A stretch of 64,000 nt of DNA from Candidatus Krumholzibacteriota bacterium (lineage in GTDB: Bacteria; Krumholzibacteriota; Krumholzibacteriia; JAJRXK01): positions 256,001-320,000 of the forward strand of contig CAVSGG010000005.1 in the NCBI GenBank assembly GCA_963727455.1. Direction: 5' to 3'. The position numbers and the translations under genes were made by a program. Positions 20,035-31,184 of the stretch are shown here, piece after piece. The notes under the pieces are model-generated. The model did not search any database and had not been told where the DNA came from. It was given only the letters and a program-made list of their open reading frames with translations. How positions within the stretch are numbered: the stretch's first letter is position 1; every line of letters begins with the position of its first letter.

Positions 20035-21267
20035 ATGAAGATCCTGATCGTGAACAAATTCTACGACCTTCGTGGAGGCACTGAAAGGGTGATGTTCGAT
20101 CTCCGCGACGGGTTAGCGGCGCGCGGGCACGAACTCATTCCCTTTTCCATGCAGGATGCTCGCAACGAAGCCAGCGAATGGTCACGGTTTTTCGTTCCCT
20201 CGAGGGACTACGATGCGCCGGGTTTCGGCACCAAACTTCGTCAAGCGCGGCTGACCATTCACGATCCACAGGCACGCCGTTGCATGGAGGATTTGCTCGA
20301 CACGCTTCGTCCCGACCTCGCGCATCTCCATAACATTTACCATCAACTGAGCCCATCGATTCTTCAGCCGCTGACCCGGCGCAAGATTCCCGTGGTGATG
20401 ACATTCACGACTTCAAGCTAGCTTGCCCATCCTATACACTATTCCGCGACGGAGAAGCCCTGCCAAAAGTGCGTGGAAGTTGAAGTTGCCCTTCTGGTGC
20501 GCGGTTCACTGCTTGCTCGAGGGGAAGCCGGGCGGAGAGCATCGTTCTGAGTGTCGAGTCGAGCGTGCACCGAATTCAGCGCGTCTATGAACAGGGGGTG
20601 GATCGTTTCGTTTGTCCCTCTCATACCATGGCCGAGGTGATGCAAAGGCGCGGCATTCCGGAAGCGAAACTCGTCGTCATTCCCAATGCTCCGCGGAGGA
20701 TGGGGGAGGCGGCCGAACTGGAGCGAGAGAAGCGAGTTGCCGAGCGTACTTTTCGCGGGACGTCTGTCGCGCGAAAAGGGAGTCGATGACCTGGTGGAAG
20801 CGGCTCGGAAGACTCCGGGGATCAGGAGTCAGAATCGCGGGAGACGGGCCCTCGGCGGAGAGCTTGCGGGAGCGCGCGCGTGGGTTGCCCTGGGTGCAGT
20901 TCCTGGGACGCTTGAGTCCAGAAGAGCTGCGGAGCGAGCGAGCAAGAGCATGGTTGTGCGCGGTGCCGTCCATTTGCACCGAAAACGCGCCCCTCACGGT
21001 CCTGGAGAGTTACGGGAGCGGCCGTGGAGCGCTCGTCTCCGACCGCGGGGGGTTGAAGGAGCTCGTGGACGAGACTACGGGAAGCCGGGTCGAGGCCGGA
21101 AACCCGGAGGCTTGGCATGCGGCACTCGCGGCCATGGTGCAGCAAGAGGAAGTTTGGAAGGCGCGTGGCAAAGCGGCCCGGCGCAGGCTGGAGCAGGACT
21201 ACTCCTTCGAGCAGGTGCTAACGCCCACGAGAGCCTCTTCGAGGAGCTTAGTGGCGGATCAGCTTAG
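20035..21267 (+). CDS. Glycosyltransferase family 4 (multiple frameshifts)
   Basis: MKILIVNKFY..GG.E, HLHNIYHQLSPSIL, FAGRLSREKG, ENAPLTVLES and SDRGGLKE, spread across 4-5 frame fragments. Confidence 0.85.
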
Positions 21268-21343
21268 AATTCGCGGCCGCGCCACGGCTTGCTTTTCTTG
21301 GGTCGAAGAACTCGGGGTCAGCTTTCTCCCTAAAGGGTGGACC

Positions 21344-22399
21344 ATGTATCGATTCGGCATACTCGGCTGTGGACTTCACGGGGAACGTTACCTGCGCCAC
21401 ATGCTCAGGGACACGCCCGAGATTGACGCAGCCGCTGTGCGTCTGGCGGCGGAACGAAGCCGAACGCCAGCGCCTGGAAACGATCTACGGCGTGCGCGCA
21501 GTGGACACTCTCGAGGAACTCCTGAGCGTCGAGGAAATCGATGCCTATCTCGTGGCGACCCCGCCGGGACTTCATGCCCGCGAAATCCGGAAATTGCTCT
21601 CTCTCGGCGAAACCGATCCTGCTGGAGAAAGCCCCTGACCGCAAGTCTTGAAGAAGCGGACGATCTCTGGCGGGAGTATCCGCGAGCTTCCCCAGCAAGC
21701 ACTGATGGTGGCGCAGACTCTTCGCTTCAACGCGACCCTGCTTCGCGCGCGGGAACTGGTGGATGGACTGGGCGATTTGCATCGGATACGCCTTCAGCAA
21801 CGACTGCAGCCCACTCGCATCGAATGGCAACGCGATCCGCGGCTCTCCGGAGGAGGTTCCTTGACCCTCACCGGAGTTCATCTCTTCGACAATTTACGCT
21901 GGTTCGTCGGGAGGAGTCCCGACGCGGTGAGCGCGAGGGTGCTTGCCGTGGATGGCTTTCCCACCTCGAATCTGTTCGACGCCTGCTTCGAGTACGAACT
22001 GGAGCCCATCCTGTGCGCGACCGAGGTGAGCAAGTTCTCCGACACTAGGTCGTGCGTGATGGAGCTGGTGGGCACCAAGGGGCAGTTGATCGTGGACTAT
22101 CAACACGGGTGGATCGATCGTCTCGTGGGTTCTCGTCTGGAGAGGGTCGAGAGTCCGGGGAATCCTCCGACTCTGCCGGAGACACTGCGTCATTCTGTCG
22201 AGCGGTTCAGAAGGGCGGCGCAATGCCCATCACTTTTTACGATGGCAGGGAGACCCTGCGAATGGCGGAAGCGGCGCGCGTTTCGCATCGCGAGGGCCGT
22301 CGTGTTCGGCTGGAAGACATCGCCCCGGAAGACGGGCCGACCAATCCAACTCAAGGAGGAGTTTCACTATGCAAGCTAGCCGTACTGGGATCGTCTTAA
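21344..22399 (+). CDS. Gfo/Idh/MocA family oxidoreductase (multiple frameshifts)
   Basis: Rossmann GILGCGLHG, VATPP..H, EKP, SGGG.L...GVH..D, ELVGTKG across frames. Confidence 0.85.
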
Positions 22400-23157
22400 C
22401 GGCATTTCTGCTTCTCGCCGCATGGGCGCCGTCTTCGGCGAAGCCCAGGGCGAGCTGGACTACTGGCAGGTCCTGGCCATGGACCGCGTGGCGTTCAGGA
22501 TCAAGACCGTGGCATCTGATGCCCGCAACCGACGAACCGGGCCAAATCATGGTATACGGAGATCGCTACGGCTACTTGCGTGCCAATCAGGTAAGCGGGG
22601 ACGGCACTACGGAAATTTGGCGCAGCCGTACCTCTGGACGGCGAGGTTTGGCAGGTAATGGTCGAGGACCTCGATGGGGATGGACGGGTCGAGATTCTCT
22701 GCCGCACGAAGGGCGGCCGCATTTACGTTTACGACGATACCTTCAATCCCCGATGGGAAAATTTGCGCGAGGATTACCAGGAAATCTCGGCCATGGCCAT
22801 CGCCAACATGGACGATGACCCGCCTACGAGATTGGTCATTCTCGGCGACGGACATATCGATTATATCGACGGCAAGGATTTCACTCGTCAGTACCGTTCG
22901 ACACAGACTTATCAAGCTACCGAGCTGGCGGTGGGCAACGTGGACAGCGATGCGAATCTGGAGATCGTGCTCAACACGGGGCTGGTGCTTGGATGGAGTG
23001 AGACTGGAACCCAAGTGGAGTACTGACGAGTTCGGTTCGATGATCGAATTACTGGACATCGACGGGGACGGGATCGAGGAGATTCTGGGTTACGAAAACA
23101 ATGGCGAGAATGATGATTTACGAGGCGGATCAGCAGCAGGAAAAACCGGTACGTTGA
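22369..23157 (+). CDS. Secreted FG-GAP/VCBS-repeat protein (frameshifted)
   Basis: RBS AGGAGG, signal peptide, repeats DLDGDGRVEI, NMDDDP, NVDSDANLEI and DIDGDGIEEI. Probable stop TGA at 23155-23157. Confidence 0.7.
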
Positions 23158-23170
23158 AAAGGGTCGCGTC

Positions 23171-23210
23171 AAAGAAAAACCCCGTCGAGTATCGTGCTCG
23201 ACGGGGTTTT
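23171..23210. terminator. Bidirectional intrinsic terminator
   Basis: aaagaaaaa-ccccgtcgag...ctcgacgggg-tttt between convergent units. The stronger U-tract is on the minus strand. Confidence 0.85.
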
Positions 23211-23227
23211 AAACACTCAGGTCTTCG

Positions 23228-25901
23228 TCACGTTCCCAAGTCATTTGCGTAACCACCAAAAGATGTCGATTCCCAAGATGAAGAGGCTTGCGATCGTTGC
23301 GAGATGCATGATTGCTCCCTCGTGTAGGGCCCCGTGCGGAGTGTGACGAGACGCACCCCGCAAATGGGCCACTGACGGATTGTCAAGACACTCGTGGCTG
23401 CAGAAAGCGTGCCAGATGATCCATCCTGGCGGAACTTGAGAACCAACAAGGTCTTGTCGTCCGTCGCCTCACCCGTCGAGAACTGCGAAACGGCTTGAAA
23501 GACGGCGTCCCGAATGGATTTTGCCTCCTGATCCAGCTTCGCTGTCAGTTCCTGGACGAAGCGGGGCAGTCCGAAGGAGTCCTGGTTCTCATCCTCTTCG
23601 TCGACGATGCCGTCGCTATAGGCCGCCACGACATCGCCCACGTGAAGGCGGATCCACCCATCGAAGTAATGGCTGTTGGGCAGCACTCCGAGTACCGGGC
23701 CGCCGCGGGTCAGGCTCTCCACCCGTCCTTCAGCGTGACGGCACCACAGGGGAGGATCGATTCCCGCGGTGCAGTAGTTGAGTACGCCATTGTGAGGGTC
23801 GAAGATGGCGAGGAAGCAGGCGATGAAGTGATGCTCGGCCGTCATGCCGTGGACCTGTTGATTGAAATGGTCCGCTACTTCGGCACAGCTCATGAATGGT
23901 CGCGCAGTCTCGCGCAGCGCAGCGCGGACGCTGCTCATGAGCAAGCTCGCGGGAACGCCCTTCCCCGAGGCATCGGCCACCGCGAGCAAAATGCGTTGGT
24001 CGGGTAATTCGAAGTAATCGAAGACATCACCGCCAATTTGGCGGCAGGGGATCATGCGACCGCTAAGGGAAAAATTGCTGCTCTCCAAATCCCGCGGCGG
24101 AAGCAATTGGGCCTGGATCTCCCGTGCCAGATCCATCTCTGCCGCGATTCGTTCGCGCACCAGATCCTCGCGAATGCATCATCGCGTTTTCCAGGCTCAT
24201 GCCGGCCTGGTTGAGTAGCTGCCGGAAATGGTAGAGCGCGACTTCGCCGTAGATCTCTCCGGCTATGGCGGGTCCCACCACCAACAACGCAAGTGGCCGG
24301 TCACGACCCCACAGCGGGGCGAGGATCGTTGCGTCGGTCGTGCTGAGAAACTGCTGGCTCGCAGGATCCAGTCGGAAGGGACGGGGTCCGGTCAGCTCGG
24401 GTTCGACCAGGAGGGGTTCCCGGCGGGAGAGCGCTGCCGTGAGCATGGAGGAATCGGGCTCGAGGGTCGGGGGTAGGTTGGAGTACTGCGGGATCCGCCT
24501 TCTGCTGAATGAGGCGCAGGGTGTCATTCCTCGACGCGGTAGAAGCAAAGGTAGCGCGCGGGCAGGAGCTCTCCGCCGTGAGAACAGAGGAACTCGGCGA
24601 GCTCCTCGGGGGAGCGGGTTCCCGTGAGTTCGGCCGTGAGCTCGCCCGCGCGCTCACGGAGTTCGAGCTGACCGGGATAGAAGATCCGGTCGATGATCCG
24701 CGCCACCGGGCGGCGTGCCGGCATGGCCGCGAAGCTCAGAGCCGAAGATGGCCACGACGGCGACGAGGTAGATCATCCCCCGGCTGATTCCCGCCAGCTG
24801 CGGTCCGAGTCCCAAGAAGAGAAGCGCGCCCAGAGCGGCCAGGGGCAGAGCCAAAGTGAGTGCGATCATCGACTGCCGCGCCAGATAGGCGATGTCGATC
24901 GTGCCGGTGCGGAGCAGGGCGACGCTGAAGGAGAGAGGAACGAAAGGCAGCAGGAGCAGGCTGGCCTCTTCCAAGGGGAGCGGGATTGGCGGGCCAGAGC
25001 TGTCTCGCCACCGTCGCAAGGGTGATGGGAAGAATTCCGAGAATCATTCCCACCAGGGCGAGGCGGAGCTTACTCCACAGCACCCAGTGGTTCTCACGGC
25101 GAATTTTGCGATCGAAGACGACGATCGCTGCCACGATGTAGACTGCGAAGAGAATCGCGGTCGCGATGCTTACCTGCTTGACCAAAGCGCTGTCGGGCGG
25201 GACGGAGACGAGATAGATGTAGAGATGAAAGAGAGCGAGTACCTAGCGGTGGGGCCAGCAGCCAACGGTGCTCGGGCCGCCCGAAACTCCGGCACCTTCG
25301 GGAAAGATCAAAAAGAAGCGCAAGAAGGCGGCGGGCAAAAGAGCCCTGATGCGTTTCGTAGCAATTCCTCCAAGCCCATGACCAAGACCCACGGAAAGGT
25401 CGGCAAATCCAAGAGGAGAATCGCGAAGAGGATGCAGATCGCGTAGAAGAGTCTGCCCAGGGCATCGTCACGGCGCAAGAAGGTGATGAAGCCGAGAAAG
25501 ACGAAGAGCAGACCCATCGAAGTGGCGAGATAATCTCGAAACCTGCGACTGGGGCTGCGTGTTCCAATCGTCATCTGCAACTTCACTGACTCGGATTGAC
25601 GGCGTAGCTGGAGTTCGACCTTGTCGCCGGCACGTAGCCCGAAGGATGCGGCCTGATAGGAGGGGTAATCGGGCGTATTCTGTCCATTCAGTGCGAGGAG
25701 AACGTCCTCGGGGAGAACCCCAGCGCGATCCGCCGGCCCGTCTCTCGCGAACCGAGACGATTTCCGTTTCCCTCCAATGACATTCCGGGGTCGGGCCGGT
25801 GCCACAGCTCTACCGCCCCGGGAATCTCGAGCGCGATGAGAAGGGGGGCGATCGCCAGCAAGATGCGTCGACTGATTCGCGTGGCGCTGGAGCCGGTGCA
25901 T
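23228..25901 (-). CDS. Membrane sensor phosphatase: PDZ + multi-TM + GAF-like + PP2C/SpoIIE (multiple frameshifts; true stop probably near 23420)
   Basis: PDZ (DGPADRAGVLPEDVLLALNG), several TM fragments, GAF-like segment, PP2C motifs AREIQ..LLP, GGDVFD, VADASGKG, YSDGI and DDKT. Confidence 0.85.
23241..23309 (-). CDS. Small hydrophobic peptide MHLATIASLFILGIDIFWWLRK (22 aa)
   Basis: RBS GAGGGAG 5 nt before ATG, own sigma54 promoter upstream, terminator 30 nt downstream. Below the ORF-track cut-off. Confidence 0.65.
   Translation of the reverse strand: MHLATIASLFILGIDIFWWLRK
23399..23415 (-). promoter_or_regulatory. sigma54 (-24/-12) promoter of the small-peptide unit
   Basis: Minus strand reads CTGGCACGCTTTCTGCA, a near-consensus match to TGGCACG-N4-TTGCA. 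Confidence 0.75.
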
Positions 25902-25976
25902 CTCGATGGGATCCTTCGCTGAGGTTCAGAGTCGGGAGAGAGCTGAAGAGTTCACGTGGTCCAAGCTCGCGCTGAT

Positions 25977-28900
25977 CTACTTCAAGAGTACCATGGCTTT
26001 GCTGAGTTGGCGGGAACCGCTTCGCAACACATAGAAGTAGGTCCCGGCTGAGACCTGACGGCCGCTGGCATCCATTACCATCCCAGATCACACTGTGTTC
26101 GCCGGAGGGCATCAGCTCGTCGCGCAAACTGGTGACGAAGACGCCCCGAGGAATCATAGATCTTCAAGCTCGTTCTCTCCTCGCGAGGACAGGGAGAAGC
26201 TGATCGTGGTACGCGGATTGAAGGGATTGGGATAGTTCTGAGCCAGCAGCAAGCGTGCGGCGGGGTCGGCGCGAGAGTCAGAGACAGCTCGGCCACTCCC
26301 GATTCCAGTCGGCCGGATTTCGTCGATCCAGTCGATGCGATAGCGCAGTGTGTTGCCGCTCTGAAGTCCGTTCGTGTCGTCAAGGAAAGACACTTTCCCC
26401 CCTGCGGGTACCAGCGGCTCTCCACTTCGAACTTGATAGGCGCCGGAGTTCACCGACCGCGCAAGCTGAAAGCTGCCCTGGATGCCGACCGGCACCTGCC
26501 AGCTCAGCAAAACTCCCCGAACCCTCCTGGTTGGCGCTCAGCTGCGAAACGAGAACGGGTACGTCGGTTCTCGCTGCGGTCGTCAGTTCCAGACACCAGT
26601 CCACGAGTTGTCCCTGATCGCCGGCCGCGAGGTCTCTCACCTCGAGGGACCAGTCGCCCGTCGCAAGCTCCTGGAGAGAAATCGTCGAGGGATCCGGGTC
26701 CATCGACTCGGGTGGAATCGGGATAGAGGGCATGAATGTCGTCGAGGTCGCTCCCCGTCCTGTTTTGCAAGACGACCTCGGTACCCGCCGGCGATCGTAG
26801 AACGACCTGCAAGTCTCCGCGCCATGGATGATCGATGTCCACCCACACGCGCAGAGATTTGATCTCCCCGGATTGCGTGCTCGTGAGGACCGAGGTCACT
26901 CCGGCGGGGTCCCCGTCGGGAATCACGTGCATGGTGTCATTACAGCTCTTGATGATCGTGATCGGACGAAGTTGGAAGTCGAAGTTCTTCCGTGACTCGC
27001 CATCGCGAGCTGCAAGCGCGCGCGGAGTGGTTTCGAAGCCCTCGGGTCCTTCGACCCAGATCTCGTGCTCCCCGGAGTAGAAGGGACCCAAGCTATAGGC
27101 GCCACTGGCGTCGGTCGTCGTGCTGATTCCCGAGGGTTCCTCCCAAACTCGCAAACCTTCGACCGAGGAATTCTCGGTCAGGCTAACCTTGCCCGAGACG
27201 GTACAATTGGGCGCGGGTTGGTCCGTCGTCAGAAAATGGGCCGTGTTCTCCGCCAGATGAGCGGCAGCGCTCGCGATCACTCAGCTGCGAATAGGCAAAC
27301 GCCCAGTAGACGAGTTGTGCGCTCACGGGGCTGGTATCGTTGTCGTAGACCAAAACTCCGGCGTTTTGCGTTTCCTCGGATTGCCGTACAGAAGGAACGC
27401 GTCTGATGCGGGAACCATGGAGTCCTGATCGCCATACCCGCCGCTGGTGTCGATCGCCAGGGCTCGGGGAAGGAGATTGGGACTTTCGCGCAAGCGGCGT
27501 ATCGATTCCGGACGAGGTCAGCGCCCCGCTGGCGTCTCCCTCCCAGCGAAGGACGTGCAGAACTTGGCTGGCGAATTCCGGATAGCCCGGGCTCGAGGCC
27601 GCGTCGAAACCAATTTCGCCGCCTTCGATCAAGAGCTTGCCGCCATTTGCATCCAAGCCGACGAGATTCGCCCGTAGATTGCCGTCGGCAGCAGGATCCG
27701 TGGATTGACCGAAGGAAACCACCAGAAGATCGTAGTTCTGCCAGCTCTGGGGATCACTGCTCTGCGCGCTTTCCTCGGTGACGAGGAATCCAGCGGCCTC
27801 GCAGATCCGTGGCGAGTTTGGCGCGCTCAGCCCCTTGACCTGGGTCGGAGAGATCAGGCTCTTCGCGCTCGGATCGAATTTTTGCGAGGCCGTCGTGGTG
27901 GTGTCCTCTCCATTCAAAACGAGCACTTTGCGCGGCGCGGCCGTGACGAAGAACGAATGGGGACCGGACTGTGCGAGGTTACCATCGACCGAGGAATCGC
28001 TGAGCGCTAATGAGGTAAGCGATCGAATCTCCTACGGACATCGCGAAATCGGGATAGGGAAAGGGAGCCGCGTACTGGTTGTTGCCCTGGTCCACGAGAG
28101 GAAAATCCTGCATGAAGGTGCCGTTTCGGTACCAACTCGCGCGTGACCGAGGAAATACCCGAGGCGTCGAGGACGGTTGCGCTGATCGTGGGGGGCCATA
28201 GCTCGATCGGGGTATCACTCAGAGGATCGTGCTGGATCGTGGGCGGAATCGAGTCCGATGCAAGGTCGAAAGAGTAGTACTCCGCCGGCCCGCCCGCGGG
28301 TGCATAGATCTCGACTCCCACCGAGTCCGTTGCCGCGATCAGGTAGTCGATCCTGGCGTTGTGACCTGGTCCGGGGATTTCTCCCTGCCACAGGTCCGAG
28401 CCTTGGTTTGTCATTGCGACGATAGTCCAGGGATCGCTTGCGTTCGCTCGCCAGTAGAGGCGAACCGGATCGATGGACGCCAAAGGCTTCACGTGCCCCA
28501 CTTGCGCGTCTACGAGGTAAGGGCCCTGCATGTCATCGGTGTCGCTCAGGGGTGTGTGCACGATGTTGAGCTCGTAGCTGGGTTGGATGCCTCGCTCCTG
28601 ATAGGCGGCGTGGATCTGCGCGAGGTGCTGGCCTCCATAGAGGCTCTCGTCGACCAGCAGCGTGCCGTTGGCGAAGTCTTTGAATGTCGCGGTAGGTCCG
28701 ATGTGGAAGAACGACTCCACGACGAGTTTGTCGGTGACTTGCTTTCCTAGCTGATTCCATAGCTTCCACCAGACCGAGGAGATGATCTCGCCATCTGTGT
28801 GGATTTCCCCCACCATGTCGTCTGGATAGATCTTCGTGGAGTCCGTTCGCCGTAGATAGGGAGGTGGGCCTGGATTGTACGAGGTGGCGTCCCATTCTCC

Positions 28901-30260
28901 CACCAGTGCATTGGCCCCAAAGGTCGCTGCGACGTAGTCGCCAAAGGCCTCTGAGATCGCTCCCGTCTCGCCGGAATTGGTGAAATCGGGCACGATGTTC
29001 TCATGGATCGCGTGTCCGTATTCGTGAAGGACGATCTCGCCGTCCTCTGCGTCGTCGACCCCACCGTCACCGAAGCGGATATCGTCGGTCACCGGGCTAT
29101 ACATGCTGTTGTCCGCCTCGAGTGCGTGCGCGAAAATCCTGGTTGAGCGGTTGTTCGCATCGAAGATCCCCAGAGTGTTCTGCAGGTAGTTTTGGAAGGT
29201 GTCGATGTGCCAATAGGCATTTACCGCGTGAAAGGGCGACTTCGCGAGGTCCGCGCTGTAGTCGAAGACGAGTGACGGATCGGAAGGCTGGGTGGTGTAG
29301 TCCAGCCAAGCGTCCACGTACTCCCCGCGCAGGAGCCCCGTCCCGTCCAGACGTTCCAGGACTTCATCTTGGCGAAAACCATCCATCGGATCCCCGTCCC
29401 GCAAATCGTAGCGTTCTGGATGGCCGTTGAGAGGATTGTCCACCAAGACCAGTCCGCTACCCTGGCTCGAACTGGCCTCGTGCCAGTGCTGAGGTAGGGG
29501 GCGGGCAATGTGGGGGGATTGAGGATGCGTGGCGCGGAACCCAGCTGCTTGCCATCGGACATGGCATTGACCGTACTCAGGACCTGGCCGCTCTGTGCGT
29601 CGACTTCGCTGATCCAATCGCCGAGCGGCGCCCAGAGCGCCTGCGTGACCTTCCAGACGAGGGCACGACGCGCAGTGTCCAATGTGAGTTCGGTCGTTTC
29701 GGGGACGCGAGCTTCGCCTTCAGCGTTCACCGCGGCTCGCGAAGCTCTGAGCGCCGCCTCCCCGGAGACAGCGGGAGTCGTCGGGAATCTCCCATTACTA
29801 CGCGGAAGTGGTCGTCCACTGCGAGGATCCGGCCGCGGTCGATTCAGGTGGACACACACCCAACCGTCCTTCACCGCAACGCCCTTGAAGTACTGCCTTC
29901 GCCAGAGGTGAAGTCCGCTCGGGCTACTGCGCTCTCGATCGCGACGCAGCTCGTAGGAACCTGCCTCGTCGATGCCTACCGCTCGTCCAAAAAGCGCCAG
30001 AGAATGTTGCCGCAAGAAACTCGCGGCAAGCTCGCGGGGATCTCCCGTCGAACCGGACGATTGCGTGCGAGTCGAGGCGTAGAGTTGCGGTGGGAGCGAC
30101 TCGGAGGCGCTCTGCACCAGACGGTAACCCGCCCGCCAGAGCGATTGTTCATCCTCGACGCGAGCCGCCGCTCCCCGCCGGCCCAAACGAAGCGAGCCTG
30201 GCAGAGGAGGATGAGGAGAAGGGATGCAAGCCAGCTGGCCCGCGGAATCGGTGAGCTCAC
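25977..30260 (-). CDS. Large secreted M36/M4-type metallopeptidase with proprotein-convertase P domain and FlgD-Ig C-terminal sorting domain (multiple frameshifts)
   Basis: Signal peptide, FTP/PepSY-like propeptide, DAEDGEIVLHEYGH...SEAFGDY, EIHTDG, P domain (IDHPWRGDLQVVLRSPAG; GDWSLEVRD), QNYPNPFNP, end KAMVLLK. Confidence 0.85.
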
Positions 30261-30379
30261 AATGGCACCATCGAAGGAGGAGTACGCAACCAGCCCGCGA
30301 AATTGACGGATAGCGCTTGAATTATAAGGCCTTCTGGCAGACCTTGAAAGAGCCCCACTCACGCCGGGAGCCGGAAGAA

Positions 30380-31069
30380 ATGTCGCGGACGTTCATCTAC
30401 GCTTTATATACGCAATTTCTTCTCTTTTTGCTTGGGTGCGGAGGGGGATCCCCTCCGAAGCTCGAGATCACCCATGTCGATCCCGAGTACGAGGAAGCCC
30501 TTCGGGTCGGCTTTTCGATCGCGCCGGTGGATCGCAGCGAGCCGATCTATGGTGGGGCGGAGGCGCTCGCCGAGTTCAACAACGAACTCTACTCCTCGCT
30601 CCTGACCTTCACCGAGGGAGTGGAGATCACCGAGCCCGGCGTGGTGCTCAAGCGCGTCAAGCACGGGGGAGACGAGGCCATGGGGCTCTTCCGCCAGTTC
30701 CAGCGCGATCGGATCAACGATGTTCCACTATCGACCGGGGACTGCGCGCGCATCTTCCCCATCGTGCTCCAACGCTTTCTATTTTTGCCCTGGGTCGAGG
30801 AGCACGAGGATACGGGGGTGGAGGATACGGTTTCGGGAGAGTACACGACCAAAATCGATTTTGCCGCCGATCTCAACAACGTCAGTTTCAAGCAGTATGA
30901 AGGACAACTCATCGGAGAGATGGTCGATCTCGTCAAAGGGAAGATCGTGTGGAAGGGAGTGGCTCGCTACAAGACGGGCAAGATCTTCATCGGGAACCGC
31001 CCGGAGGATCTCTGGAACCGTCGGACCCAGGCGGCGACCGATCTCGCGCGCCTACTCAGCCTCGATTGA
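30380..31069 (+). CDS. Putative lipoprotein
   Basis: Lipobox LLGC after a hydrophobic stretch when started at MSRTF (30380). VDL.KGKIVWKG motif. Confidence 0.7.
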   Translation: MSRTFIYALYTQFLLFLLGCGGGSPPKLEITHVDPEYEEALRVGFSIAPVDRSEPIYGGAEALAEFNNELYSSLLTFTEGVEITEPGVVLKRVKHGGDEAMGLFRQFQRDRINDVPLSTGDCARIFPIVLQRFLFLPWVEEHEDTGVEDTVSGEYTTKIDFAADLNNVSFKQYEGQLIGEMVDLVKGKIVWKGVARYKTGKIFIGNRPEDLWNRRTQAATDLARLLSLD

Positions 31070-31184
31070 CCCCCTTTCGCAGCCTGTGCTAGTTTCTCCG
31101 TTTCCGATCCCAAACGACATCTGGAGGGGCTGTTTTCGCCCCGAATTTTCTTCAGCGCCGCTCCCGCGGCCTGGACGGTGAGCG

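Noticed and set aside
23381-23386. TTGACA (minus strand) as a sigma70 -35 for the small peptide
   Set aside because: There is no acceptable -10 at 16-18 nt spacing, and the sigma54 motif just upstream is a much better match.
23228-23420. ~65-aa C-terminal extension of the PP2C ORF
   Set aside because: The domain ends at DDKTLLVLKFR. The extension crosses a promoter, a hairpin and a small ORF and lies in an indel-rich zone, so it is probably read-through.
31070-31184. T-box leader upstream of valS
   Set aside because: The region is too short and shows no T-box consensus or terminator.
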